Shown: in pieces, positions 43,582 through 53,300 of the stretch
Layout of the letters: every line of letters starts with the position of its first letter
How positions within the stretch are numbered: position 1 is the stretch's first letter
DNA from: Bacillales bacterium UBA7278
Lineage (GTDB): Bacteria; Bacillota_I; Bacilli_A; RFN20; CAG-826
Reading direction: 5' to 3'
Length of the DNA stretch: 64,000 bases
Assembly (NCBI GenBank): GCA_002472275.1
Contig: DKRQ01000026.1
Coordinates: forward strand, 25,267 to 89,266
Program-made: the position numbers and the translations under genes
Notes under the pieces: model-generated
Database searches by the model: none
The model's input: only the letters and a program-made list of their open reading frames with translations
Told to the model about the DNA's origin: nothing

Positions 43582-44456
43582 TGTTTGCCACTTGCCGTGA
43601 GGGCGAGGGAGATGAGGTTGTTGGCGGTGTGGGCCATGAAGGAGGCCGCGAATCCATAACGGTCATAAAGGAATCCGAAGGCGATGCCTGCAAAGATGTA
43701 GGGTGGGATGTTGGCCAGCTCGTCGAAGAAGGCATCGGTGCCGATGGTTCTCCAGCCGAAATGGATGAAGCCGAAAATCAAAGCGGTCAAAACATAGGCC
43801 CAGATCCTGCCTAGGCGAGAAAGGAAGCCGAATAGGCCGACGCGGTAGGTCATCTCCTCGCAGAAGGGACCGACCACGCCGAAGACGATGAGGGCGAGGG
43901 CGGGGCTCATGACGGTCATCTCTCGAAGCGCCCTTTCGTTGCCGTTGACCCCAGGCAAGGGCCTTCCCGCTGCCCCATAGATTCCCTGGAGCAAAAGGCT
44001 GTAGAGGACGCCAAAGCCATAGAGGACGCCTAGCCCGACGAGGGCGGCGACGTAGGGTTTCCAGCCGAGGAAGCTCTTGCCGACTTGCTTCCAATTCACC
44101 CATAGGAGCAACCCGAAAATAGCGAAGAGGGCTATGTAACTAATCGAGGACACCCCGAGGTTGATGCCAGGAGTCGACATATAGTCAATGAGTTCGGCTT
44201 GGCTCATGCCGGGGTTATTGGAAATGGCGACCACCTCGAAGATGATCGTGGCGATGAGGTTCAAAAGCAAAAGGCCGGCCAATCCGATGCCGAAGAAAAC
44301 GAGCTGGCGGATGGGTCCGATGCGGACGTGATGGCCAAAGAGGGCATCGAGTTCTGGCTCATCGTTACGGTGATGGCAGTTGGGGCATTCAGGGGCCGCG
44401 ATATCGTAGCTCATGCGGCACTCGGGGCAGGTTTTCCTTCCAAAGTAGGTTTTCAT
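43578..44456 (-). CDS. CPBP-family intramembrane glutamic endopeptidase with an N-terminal zinc ribbon
   Basis: Zinc ribbon CPECRMSYDIAAPECPNCHH. CPBP motifs EEMTYR (EExxxR) and FGFIH (FxxxH). Confidence 0.75.
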   Translation of the reverse strand: MKTYFGRKTCPECRMSYDIAAPECPNCHHRNDEPELDALFGHHVRIGPIRQLVFFGIGLAGLLLLNLIATIIFEVVAISNNPGMSQAELIDYMSTPGINLGVSSISYIALFAIFGLLLWVNWKQVGKSFLGWKPYVAALVGLGVLYGFGVLYSLLLQGIYGAAGRPLPGVNGNERALREMTVMSPALALIVFGVVGPFCEEMTYRVGLFGFLSRLGRIWAYVLTALIFGFIHFGWRTIGTDAFFDELANIPPYIFAGIAFGFLYDRYGFAASFMAHTANNLISLALTASGKQ

Positions 44457-44511
44457 CGTCGGTAACTATACCATAGCCGCCGTTTTTTACTTCCTAGTTT
44501 CGCACCCATAA

Positions 44512-44540
44512 TTGCAAGTGCGGCCGCGTGCAAATAGAAT
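44512..44540 (+). promoter_or_regulatory. near-consensus promoter TTGCAA-17-TAGAAT ending 6 nt before the ATG at 44547 (leaderless arrangement)
   Basis: Hexamers read directly. No SD. Confidence 0.55.
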
Positions 44541-44546
44541 TTGGCC

Positions 44547-45152
44547 ATGGCGAAAATCCCGCTTCGGAACCTAGAGGGCGAGTCCAAGGTGCTTGGATCC
44601 TCCTTTCAAGCCGAGGTTTTTCCTTTGAAGGACCCAGCCGATTTCAAAGCGGAGTACGAAGCGTTCCGGAAAAGACACCCAAAAGCCGACCATTACCCCT
44701 ATGCCTATCGCCTTGGGGGAATCACGAAGAGCTCCGATGACGGGGAACCCGGTTCGACGGCGGGGGTGCCTTTGCTCACCCTTTTGGAGAGGAACGACAT
44801 CGAAGGAGCGGTGGTGGTCGCCCGTTATTTCGGCGGGACCAAACTCGGCATCCCTAGGTTACGCCGCGCCTTCCTTTCGGCGGCCGAAGAGGCGATAAGC
44901 GGTGGTGGCCTAGGCGAAATCGTTACCAAGAAAGCCTACCGCCTCGAGGTCGACTATTCGACTTACCACACCTTGGAAAGCAACGCGGCAAGGTATGGAT
45001 ATTCGCTAAAAGACGTCGTTTTCGATGTAAATGTGAAACTATTTTTGCTTAGCGGTGCTAGCATAGATGAGCCTTGGGAAAAGATGGGCCTCCCAATAAG
45101 GGAGCTCCCTGTTCCAGAAACCCAGGATTGCGTTGAGGAGATTAGACAATGA
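44547..45152 (+). CDS. YigZ/IMPACT-family protein
   Basis: The DDGEPGSTAGVPLL and VVVARYFGGTKLG blocks are typical of UPF0029/YigZ. Confidence 0.7.
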   Translation: MAKIPLRNLEGESKVLGSSFQAEVFPLKDPADFKAEYEAFRKRHPKADHYPYAYRLGGITKSSDDGEPGSTAGVPLLTLLERNDIEGAVVVARYFGGTKLGIPRLRRAFLSAAEEAISGGGLGEIVTKKAYRLEVDYSTYHTLESNAARYGYSLKDVVFDVNVKLFLLSGASIDEPWEKMGLPIRELPVPETQDCVEEIRQ

Positions 45153-46417
45153 TCAAAGCGGAAGAATATAGGGAAAGAAGAAAGAAGTTTTTCAGCAAGA
45201 TGGAGAACGACTCGGTCGCGATCCTTTTCGCCGGCGTCCCCGTGCATTGCTCGGCGGACGAAAGTTATCCCTTCGAGGTGAACCGCAACTTCTATTACCT
45301 GACTGGCATCGATCAGGAAGGCACCTCCTTGCTCCTTGTCAAAAGCGATGGCGAGGAACGCGAATACCTACTCATCGCGCCCTTTGATCCCGTCAAGGAG
45401 AAGTGGTATGGCAAGAAGCTGACCGTGGATGAGGCCTCCGAGAAATCTGGCATCCGCAACGTTCTGCTTAATTCCGCCCTCACCGCGAGGGTCGATAGCG
45501 TCCTCACCGGCAACTATTCCGATTTCGGCCGCCTTTCCACCGTCTACCTCGACATGGAAAAGGGCAACAAGGTCGCCGAAGACACCTATCCCGAAGACTA
45601 CAAGAAGTCCCTTGAGGTCGCCTATCAGGGCCTTAAGTTCCTAGATGCCTATCCTATTATCGCCGCGTTAAGGAAAGTGAAATCCGACGCCGAAATCGCG
45701 GAGTTCCGCGAAGCGATCGAAGCCACCAAGATCGGCATCGGGGCGGCCATGGCCCGCATCAGGCCGGGCGTCAGGGAATACGAGGTGGCCGACGAATTCC
45801 ACCACGTGATCAACGACGTCTCCGGATATCAGGGGACCGCTTTCCCGACGATTCTCGCCTCTGGCGTCCACACGACCTGCCTCCATTACCCGACCCCGAC
45901 CGATCTCATCAAGAACGGCGATTTGGTTCTCATGGACCTAGGTTCCCGCCATGGCTATTACTGCGCCGACGTGAGCAGGACGGTTCCAGCTAACGGCAAA
46001 TTCACCGACCTGCAAAAGACCATCTACGAAATCGTCCTTAGTTGCAATAAGGCGGTCGCAAATTACGCAAAACCAGGCCTAACCATCAAGGATTTGCAGA
46101 GTTTTACCGTTGAATTCCTCGCCTCGGAATGTCTTGCCAAGAAGCTCATCTCGAGCAAAGAGGAAATCAAGAACTACTATTTCCACGGGGTGTCTCATTT
46201 CATCGGCCTTGACACTCATGACGTCGGCAGCCGCGAGGAGCCACTTGCCCCCGGCAACGTGATCTCCGACGAGCCCGGCCTCTATTTCAAGGACCTCAAG
46301 ATCGGCGTGAGAATCGAAGACGACCTTCTCATCACTGAGAACGGGGCCGAGGTTCTCACCAAGGACATCATCAAGGAAGTCTCCGAGATCGAGGATTTCT
46401 ATTCCCACGCCAAATAA
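45149..46417 (+). CDS. pepP: Xaa-Pro aminopeptidase (M24B)
   Basis: Contains DLGSRHGYYCADVSRT, HGVSHFIGLDTHD and EPGLY...GVRIED metal-ligand blocks. ATGA overlap with yigZ. Confidence 0.85.
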   Translation: MIKAEEYRERRKKFFSKMENDSVAILFAGVPVHCSADESYPFEVNRNFYYLTGIDQEGTSLLLVKSDGEEREYLLIAPFDPVKEKWYGKKLTVDEASEKSGIRNVLLNSALTARVDSVLTGNYSDFGRLSTVYLDMEKGNKVAEDTYPEDYKKSLEVAYQGLKFLDAYPIIAALRKVKSDAEIAEFREAIEATKIGIGAAMARIRPGVREYEVADEFHHVINDVSGYQGTAFPTILASGVHTTCLHYPTPTDLIKNGDLVLMDLGSRHGYYCADVSRTVPANGKFTDLQKTIYEIVLSCNKAVANYAKPGLTIKDLQSFTVEFLASECLAKKLISSKEEIKNYYFHGVSHFIGLDTHDVGSREEPLAPGNVISDEPGLYFKDLKIGVRIEDDLLITENGAEVLTKDIIKEVSEIEDFYSHAK

Positions 46418-46435
46418 AGCGCCGTTTCCGAGAAA

Positions 46436-46451
46436 CCTTGTTTAAACAAGG
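46436..46451. promoter_or_regulatory. perfect 16-bp palindrome CCTTGTTTAAACAAGG over the -35 region of the glpK promoter
   Basis: Read directly. TATACT at 46464-46469 lies 6 nt before the glpK ATG. Confidence 0.45.
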
Positions 46452-46475
46452 GGATAAAAGGCTTATACTCAGGCC

Positions 46476-47969
46476 ATGAAAAAATACATCTTGGCCATTG
46501 ACCAAGGCACGACGTCCACACGTGCCATTTTGATTTCCAAAAAAGGGGAGGCCCTTTTCAAGGCGCAACGCCCCGTAGACTGTCTCTTCCCAAAACCCGG
46601 TTGGGTTGAGGTCGATCCCGACCGCATCTGGATTTCCGTCATCGACGTCATCAACGAATTGATGGTCGTTTCGGGTGCCTCCATGGAGGAGGTGGCCGCG
46701 ATCGGCATCACCAACCAACGTGAGACCACGGTCGTCTGGGATAGAAAGACCGGCAAATCCGTTTGCAACGCCATCGTCTGGCAATCCAAGCAGACCCAGG
46801 AACTTTGCGATGCCAGAATGCACAAGATGGATTACATCCAATCCAAGACGGGCCTAAGGATGAACCCTTATTTCTCCGCCTCCAAGATCCGTTACATCCT
46901 CGACCAAGTCCCCGATGGGCAGAAGAAGGCCGAGAAGGGACAGCTTGCCTTTGGCACGATCGATTCCTGGCTCATCTACAAGATGACCAAAGGGGCTTCC
47001 CATTGCACCGACGTCAGCAACGCGTCCAGGACGATGCTTTTCAACATCTTCACCATGAAATACGACGAGTCCCTTTGCAAAATCTGGGACATCCCGATGA
47101 AGATGCTCCCCAAGGTCATGGATAACTCCGCCGATTATGGCGAAGCCTCCTTCTTCCCTGGCGGCGTCCATATCTATGGCGTGGCGGGCGACCAGCAGGC
47201 TGCCCTGTTTGGCCAATGCTGCTTCCGCAAAGGCGATTCCAAGAACACCTATGGCACCGGCTGCTTCATGCTCATGAACATCGGCGATAAACCCGTCATC
47301 TCCTCACAAGGGCTCCTCACCACGGTCGCCTGGCGCGAAAACGGAGTTACCACCTACGCCTTCGAAGGCTCGGTCTTCGTAGGCGGGGCCATCGTCCAAT
47401 GGCTCCGCGACCAAACCCGCTGGTTCGAGGACTCGGTGGACTCTGAATACTACGCGAGCAAAGTCAAAGACACGGCAGGGGTCTATTTCGTCCCCGCCTT
47501 CGTTGGTCTAGGCACCCCATGGTGGGACGACGAATGCCGCGGCGCGATCTTCGGATTGACCCGTGGCTCTGACCGTCACCATATCACGAGGGCCGCCCTC
47601 GAATCCGTCGCCTATCAAAGCAAGGACGTCATCGAATCCATGAAGAAGGAAGCGGGGCTCAGCCTGCCTTCCCTCAAAGTCGATGGCGGCGCCTCCGCCA
47701 ACGGCCTCCTCATGCAGTTCCAGGCCGACATCCTCCAATGCAAAGTGCAGCTTCCCTCATGCTTAGAGACGACCGCCTTGGGCGCTGGCTTCTTCGCCGG
47801 CCTAGGATGCGGGTTCTGGAAGAGCAAGAAGGACATCGAGGAATGCCATGGCATCGCGGTGACCTATAGGCCGAAGATGGCCAAGAAGGAAGCTGACGAG
47901 CTTTACGAAGGTTGGATCTGCGCCGTCGAGGCCGCCCGTTGCTTCAAACCGAAACCGAAGGGAAGATGA
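46476..47969 (+). CDS. glpK: glycerol kinase
   Basis: Contains ILAIDQGTTSTRA, GDQQAALFGQ and DGGASAN blocks. 497 aa. Confidence 0.95.
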   Translation: MKKYILAIDQGTTSTRAILISKKGEALFKAQRPVDCLFPKPGWVEVDPDRIWISVIDVINELMVVSGASMEEVAAIGITNQRETTVVWDRKTGKSVCNAIVWQSKQTQELCDARMHKMDYIQSKTGLRMNPYFSASKIRYILDQVPDGQKKAEKGQLAFGTIDSWLIYKMTKGASHCTDVSNASRTMLFNIFTMKYDESLCKIWDIPMKMLPKVMDNSADYGEASFFPGGVHIYGVAGDQQAALFGQCCFRKGDSKNTYGTGCFMLMNIGDKPVISSQGLLTTVAWRENGVTTYAFEGSVFVGGAIVQWLRDQTRWFEDSVDSEYYASKVKDTAGVYFVPAFVGLGTPWWDDECRGAIFGLTRGSDRHHITRAALESVAYQSKDVIESMKKEAGLSLPSLKVDGGASANGLLMQFQADILQCKVQLPSCLETTALGAGFFAGLGCGFWKSKKDIEECHGIAVTYRPKMAKKEADELYEGWICAVEAARCFKPKPKGR

Positions 47970-50323
47970 GGAAGAAGGATCTTTACGACAACGCTATCCT
48001 GATCGCGCCCCCTTCCATGAAGAGGGCCCTTCTTTCCTATCGGGCCGAATATCCTGAGCAAAACTTCTCCATCTACTCCGTCGAGGAAATCGAATCGGCT
48101 TTTTCCTACCATCATGACGACCGCCTGATCATCGACCTCATCAAGAAGGGGTATGGGCATTTGGAGGCCACCGAAATTGCGAGCGTCCTCGACCATATGA
48201 AGGAGAAAAAGGACGGCTATAAATCAAAAAAACTGCGGGATTTGCAGCCGTTATTCGAGGAATATAGGAGAAACGAATACCTTTTCAAACTCGAATATCC
48301 AGAGAAAACATTTGGGAATCGGCAATATGTTCTCCTTGGGTATTACTCAGGGAAACGAATCTCAGCCGCCCTTTCCGAAATGCCCAATATCGGAGTCGTT
48401 TGGGATGGGATGGTTTCCCCTAGGGAAGACAAGGTCGAACTCCATTCATTCGCGGACGTCCATGGCGAATTCCACTACGTATGCAACCGGGTCGCCAAAC
48501 TCATCGATGAAGGGGTGGACCCCGAGGATATCTACCTCATCGGCCTAGACGAACCCTCCTATTTCGAATTCTCCCTGATGGCGGAATCCTATGGTTTCGG
48601 CATCGACGCGGAACCCTCGATTTCCCTCAAGGACACGGAAATTGGCATCCGCTTCCTAAGGGCTTTTGGCCGCAATGGAAATCTCGACGAGGCCCTCAAT
48701 GAATGCGAGGAGGATTCGGACAATTACCGTTCCATCTATTTGAAAAGCAAAACGTATTCGATCCCAGAGCTTTCGAAAGAAAGGCAACTCGCCGTGTTCG
48801 AGGCGGTCTTAGGCGATTCCAAAGTTGCCCAAAAGAAGAAAACCGGCGCCGTTCAGATCACATCATCGAGGTATGTTCCTGAGGGAAGCCATGCGTTTTT
48901 AATGTCCTTCGCCTTAGGCAAATGCCCTAGGATCCATCGGGACAACGAATACATCGGCGATTCGGAGAAGAAGGAGCTTGGGCTGCCGACCTCCATCGAA
49001 TTGAACCTGCAGGACGAAACGGAGGTTTTGGGGCTCCTTAGGAAAAAAGAGCTCGAAGCCGTTACTTTCTCCTCTAGACATGGGCAAGAGGATTTCCATC
49101 TATCGCCATTACTTAAAAACAAAGAGGCCAACATCAAGGCAAACGCATCCAACGACCTTCCTTATGAATATTCCAAAGACCTCATCTCCGTTTGGCTTAC
49201 CCATCTTGAGGATAGGAAGGAAAAATACTCTTCCTCCGACCCAAGGCTCGATTTGATCAAAAGGAAAACCGGATTGGCCGCTTCCCCCAAACTTGACCCA
49301 TCCTTTGTTCCCTTCGAAGGGGACAAGCCGAAGACTTCGGGCCACCTAAGCGCGTCCTCGGTCACCTCTTTTTTCCAGTGCCCGTTCCATTATTACTGCG
49401 CCCAAGTCCTGAAGATCGACGATTCCGATTACGCCTTTAGCGGGCGAGTGGGCACCTTGTTCCACGATGCGCTGCAGGACATCTACCAAAATAAGGCCGA
49501 TCCCAGGAAATCCCTGCAAAACCAAATCCAAATAGCCAAGGAAGAGAAGCCTTTCACCGAGATGGAAACCCTGTTGCTCGATCGGCTTTGCGAGCGGTTC
49601 CTCGTGGTACTTGAATTCACCAAAAGCGGGGAAAGCCGCATGAAGAACCCCGAATTCATCTGCGAGGAGTGGCTCACCTATAAACTCGGGGATAACCGCG
49701 AGATCATCGGCCGAGCCGATAAGATTATCCTCACGGGCGATAACCACGAGTTTATCTCCATTGTCGATTACAAAAGCGGGGGAACCAAATTTGAGGAAGA
49801 CGAGATGGAATTCGGGCTTTCCCTCCAACTCCCGACCTACGATTTGCTCCGCCATGGCAACAAGAACCTGAAAGACAAAAAGCTCGCGGGTCTATTCATC
49901 GCCCCGATCCTTCCACCGGTGGCAAAGCGGGATGACAACCAATCCGAGACGAAGACGATCAAAGACAACGTCAAACTGGCCGGGATTTTCTCCGCCGACC
50001 TCGAAAGGATGGCCACCCTCGATCCTAACGTCGCCGGTTCCGATTACATCGAGGGCCTCAAGCAACTAAAGGATGGTGGCTTTGCCGCCAATAACCGCCG
50101 CCCGAAATCCGACGAACAATTCGCTGCTTATTTGGACCTTACCAAAAAGAAATACGAAGAGGCGTTCGAGCGCATAGAAAGAGGGGAATTCGAAATCGCA
50201 CCTTTGGTGGTGGACGGGGCCAATCGGGCATGCTCGTATTGCCCCTTTGCCGACGTTTGTTTCCATAATCCGCGTATGAATCGCGAAGTCCATCTTCCGA
50301 AAAAGGAGAACAAAAATGGCTGA
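47966..50323 (+). CDS. addB: AddB/RexB-like PD-(D/E)XK nuclease subunit with a C-terminal Fe-S cysteine motif (compact, 785 aa)
   Basis: Nuclease block GRADKIIL...ISIVDYKSG. Cysteines at FFQCPFHYYC and CSYCPFADVC (CxxCx5C). ATGA overlap with the glpK stop. Confidence 0.7.
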   Translation: MRKKDLYDNAILIAPPSMKRALLSYRAEYPEQNFSIYSVEEIESAFSYHHDDRLIIDLIKKGYGHLEATEIASVLDHMKEKKDGYKSKKLRDLQPLFEEYRRNEYLFKLEYPEKTFGNRQYVLLGYYSGKRISAALSEMPNIGVVWDGMVSPREDKVELHSFADVHGEFHYVCNRVAKLIDEGVDPEDIYLIGLDEPSYFEFSLMAESYGFGIDAEPSISLKDTEIGIRFLRAFGRNGNLDEALNECEEDSDNYRSIYLKSKTYSIPELSKERQLAVFEAVLGDSKVAQKKKTGAVQITSSRYVPEGSHAFLMSFALGKCPRIHRDNEYIGDSEKKELGLPTSIELNLQDETEVLGLLRKKELEAVTFSSRHGQEDFHLSPLLKNKEANIKANASNDLPYEYSKDLISVWLTHLEDRKEKYSSSDPRLDLIKRKTGLAASPKLDPSFVPFEGDKPKTSGHLSASSVTSFFQCPFHYYCAQVLKIDDSDYAFSGRVGTLFHDALQDIYQNKADPRKSLQNQIQIAKEEKPFTEMETLLLDRLCERFLVVLEFTKSGESRMKNPEFICEEWLTYKLGDNREIIGRADKIILTGDNHEFISIVDYKSGGTKFEEDEMEFGLSLQLPTYDLLRHGNKNLKDKKLAGLFIAPILPPVAKRDDNQSETKTIKDNVKLAGIFSADLERMATLDPNVAGSDYIEGLKQLKDGGFAANNRRPKSDEQFAAYLDLTKKKYEEAFERIERGEFEIAPLVVDGANRACSYCPFADVCFHNPRMNREVHLPKKENKNG

Positions 50324-53300
50324 TAGCCCAACTCCAGATCAGTTGAAAGCCATTGCCCATAACGAAGGCAATTGCCTTGTTTCGGCCGGAGCCGGCGCTG
50401 GCAAGACCAAGGTTTTGACACAGCGCATCTCCCGTTTGGTCGCAGAAAAGGAGGCCAAACTTGGCGAGCTTTTGGTTTTGACCTTCACCAACAAGGCGGC
50501 GTTCGAGATCAAGGACAGGGTTCGCACCGCGATCGCCACTCATCCTCTCCCCGAGGTTCGCGCCCAAAGCCCGGAAGTGGAAGGGGCCTCCATCACCACC
50601 TTCGACTCCTTTGCCTTGGATTTGGTGACCCGTTACCATTACCGGCTTGGCATCGACAAGGAGATTTCCTTGGTTCCGCAAAGCCTCATCGACACGCAGA
50701 AAAAACTGACGATAGAGCGAATCCTTGAGGAAAGGGGCGCGCTGGCCAATCAAGGGAAAGACCAAAGATTCAAGGAATTCGTCGGCCGTTATTGCGTGAA
50801 AAGCACGGATTCCGTCATCAAACTGATCATCGCCATCGACAAGGAAGCGGACCTAAAGAAAGACAAGAAAGCCTTCTTGAAAACCTTTGTGGAAGAAAAT
50901 TTCTCCGACGCTTTCTTTGAAAACGGCATCCAGACCTGCTACCAAAAGGCGATCGCCATCCTCGAAAAGGCTTGTGACTTAATCCGTTCCGAATACGAAA
51001 ACACCGAATACGCCGACCTTGATGGGCAATTGCTCCAAGGGCTGCTTTCCTGCAAAACCTATGACGACCTTTATAGCGCCGGAATTCAGTTCGTGGCCGC
51101 GAAAAAGAACGCCCTCACCGACCAGGACAAATCCGCCAGGGCAAAGGTCAAGGAAATGGTCGCTTTGGCCAAGTCCTATCTTGTTGCCCCGAAAGCCGAA
51201 TCGTATCGGAAGCACATGGAACTCAAGGACGACGCGGATTTGCTTTTCGGGATCGTCCGCGAATTGAATAGCCGCCTCGACGAGTGGAAGAAAGCGAATG
51301 CGTCCTATTCCTTCGCCGACATCGCTTCCTTGGCGAGGGACCTCGTCCAGGATGACCAAGTGGCCGCGGAACTAAGGGCGAAATACAAATTCGCCATGAT
51401 CGATGAATATCAGGATACCTCGGACTTGCAGGACCAGCTGATCGAGAGGATCAACGACAAATGCCTATTCATGGTGGGTGATATCAAACAATCCATCTAT
51501 CGTTTCCGCAACGCCAACCCCAAGAACTTCAAGGCCAAAATGGATGCCTATTCCTTAGAGCAAGGCGGAAAGCTCATCACGATGGCGGAGAATTTCCGTT
51601 CCAGGGAGCAGGTCATCGACGCGGTCAACGCGATTTTCGGGAAGATCATGACGGAGGAGCTTGGCGGCGTCGACTATTCCAAGAATCAAGCTTTGCTTTA
51701 CGGTAACAAAGCCTATGACCAAACCAAGAATATGGAGCCTTATGGCTACCGCGTCTATCGCTATGCCCGCGGCGGGAAAGGGCAGGCCGAGGACGAAGCC
51801 GAAGCCATCGCCCGTGACATCGCCTCCAAGATCGTTTCCGGGTATAAGGTCCAAGACTGGAGCAAACCCAAAGGGGATCCCGAACCCTACCGTCCATGCG
51901 ATTACGGCGACTTCGCCATTTTGATCCGCAAGAAAGACGACTTCCCGATCTATGAAAGGAAGTTCCGCGACTATGGCATCCCCATCTCCATCGCCAATCC
52001 GAAGAAGAAGGACGAAAAGACCATCAAGATCGTCTTGAAGACCCTGCTTCGCTTGGCCCTTGAGGTCAAGGCGGGATTGACCGATTCCATCTCCTTAAGG
52101 CACCTATACGTATCCCTAAAAAGGAGTTTCGCCCAAGCGGAAAAAGACGAAGCAATCTATGCCTCTTTGACCTCTGGCGAATATCTAAAAGACCCGATTT
52201 TCCAGCAAATCCACGATGTTTTGGAAAAATCGGAATCCATTGGAGACCTCGCGAGAAACCTCGTGAAATCCTTTGATTTGGCAAGGAAATTGCCTCTAAT
52301 CGGAGACGTGAAAGAGAACTTCGAAGTCATCCAATCGTGGATTTCCTATCTGGAATCCCTATCCAAATTCACCTGGGACCTTCAGGACGTCATCCAGTAT
52401 TACGACGACCTCGATAAGACCGGCGTCGAGGAAGAGGATGATCAAGCGCCGTCCGAATCCGAAGCGGTCCGCCTCATGTCGATCCACGCTTCCAAAGGCC
52501 TCGAATTCCCAATCGTCTATTTGCCTCAACTAGACAAGCCAATCAGCAGGGACAAGGTCAACTTTACCTTTTCCCGTAACTGGGGGATTCTCCTGCCCAA
52601 TCAAAACGAGGCGTATTTGATCGCGGAAGGTCCGTTCCACGTTTTGGCCCAATCCGAGGAATACGACGAATCCCTTTCCGAGATGATGCGTCTATTCTAC
52701 GTCGCCCTTACTAGGGCCAAGGAGAACCTCGTTTTCCTTCTTCCGAAGCCAGAAAAGGAAATCTCCCTTCCCGCGTTCCCAAAATCCTTTGAGCATTTCC
52801 TCCTTTTCGCCGACGCCGAAAAAGGGCACGAGTTCGACGCGGATACTTTGCCACCGGTGAATAAGGCGGCCTTAAAAGAAACCGCGCTTAAGAGAAAAGA
52901 GGAAGAAGCAGGACGGGAAGATTCGGAAAACGAGGCAAGGATAAAGGAAGGCCTCCTCCATTTCTTGGAGCAAGACCTCCGTCGCATATCTTCCCTTCCT
53001 AAAGAAGTCGATGCCAAACGCGCTTCCAAAGAAGTTGAGGGACCCGTTGATCAAGGGAAACTCCGCTATGGCGAAAAACTCCACCGCTTGATGGAACTCA
53101 CCGATGTCTCCAGCAAAGACGTTTCTTGGATCGAGGATGAAAAACTCCGTTCGAAGATCGAGCGGGTTTTGGCGCTCCCTTGCTTCAAAGACTCCGCCAA
53201 AGCGAGGCAATTCCACGAGTACTCCTTCCTTGGACCGGAAGGGCAAGAGGGCATCATCGACCTCTTCCTCCTTTACGAGGACCACGTCGATTTGATCGAC

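Noticed and set aside
46436-46451. CcpA cre site or pepP terminator, as a reading of the 16-bp palindrome
   Set aside because: It lacks the central CG of the cre consensus. As a hairpin it would have a minimal loop and no following T-run.
46371-46841. 156-aa minus-strand ORF spanning the pepP-glpK junction
   Set aside because: It runs antisense through the glpK N-terminal ATPase motif and the promoter region. It has no translation signals.
1618-47965. Longer N-terminal extensions offered by the ORF track (e.g. 1806, 1934, 3240, 3760, 8073, 9640, 13488, 14564, 16110, 18966, 23864, 28041, 32897, 42101, 47912)
   Set aside because: These extensions start at TTG or GTG, or at ATGs without an SD. 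They overlap upstream genes or promoters. The internal ATGs have either a strong SD or a -10 box at leaderless distance, and they give products of canonical length.
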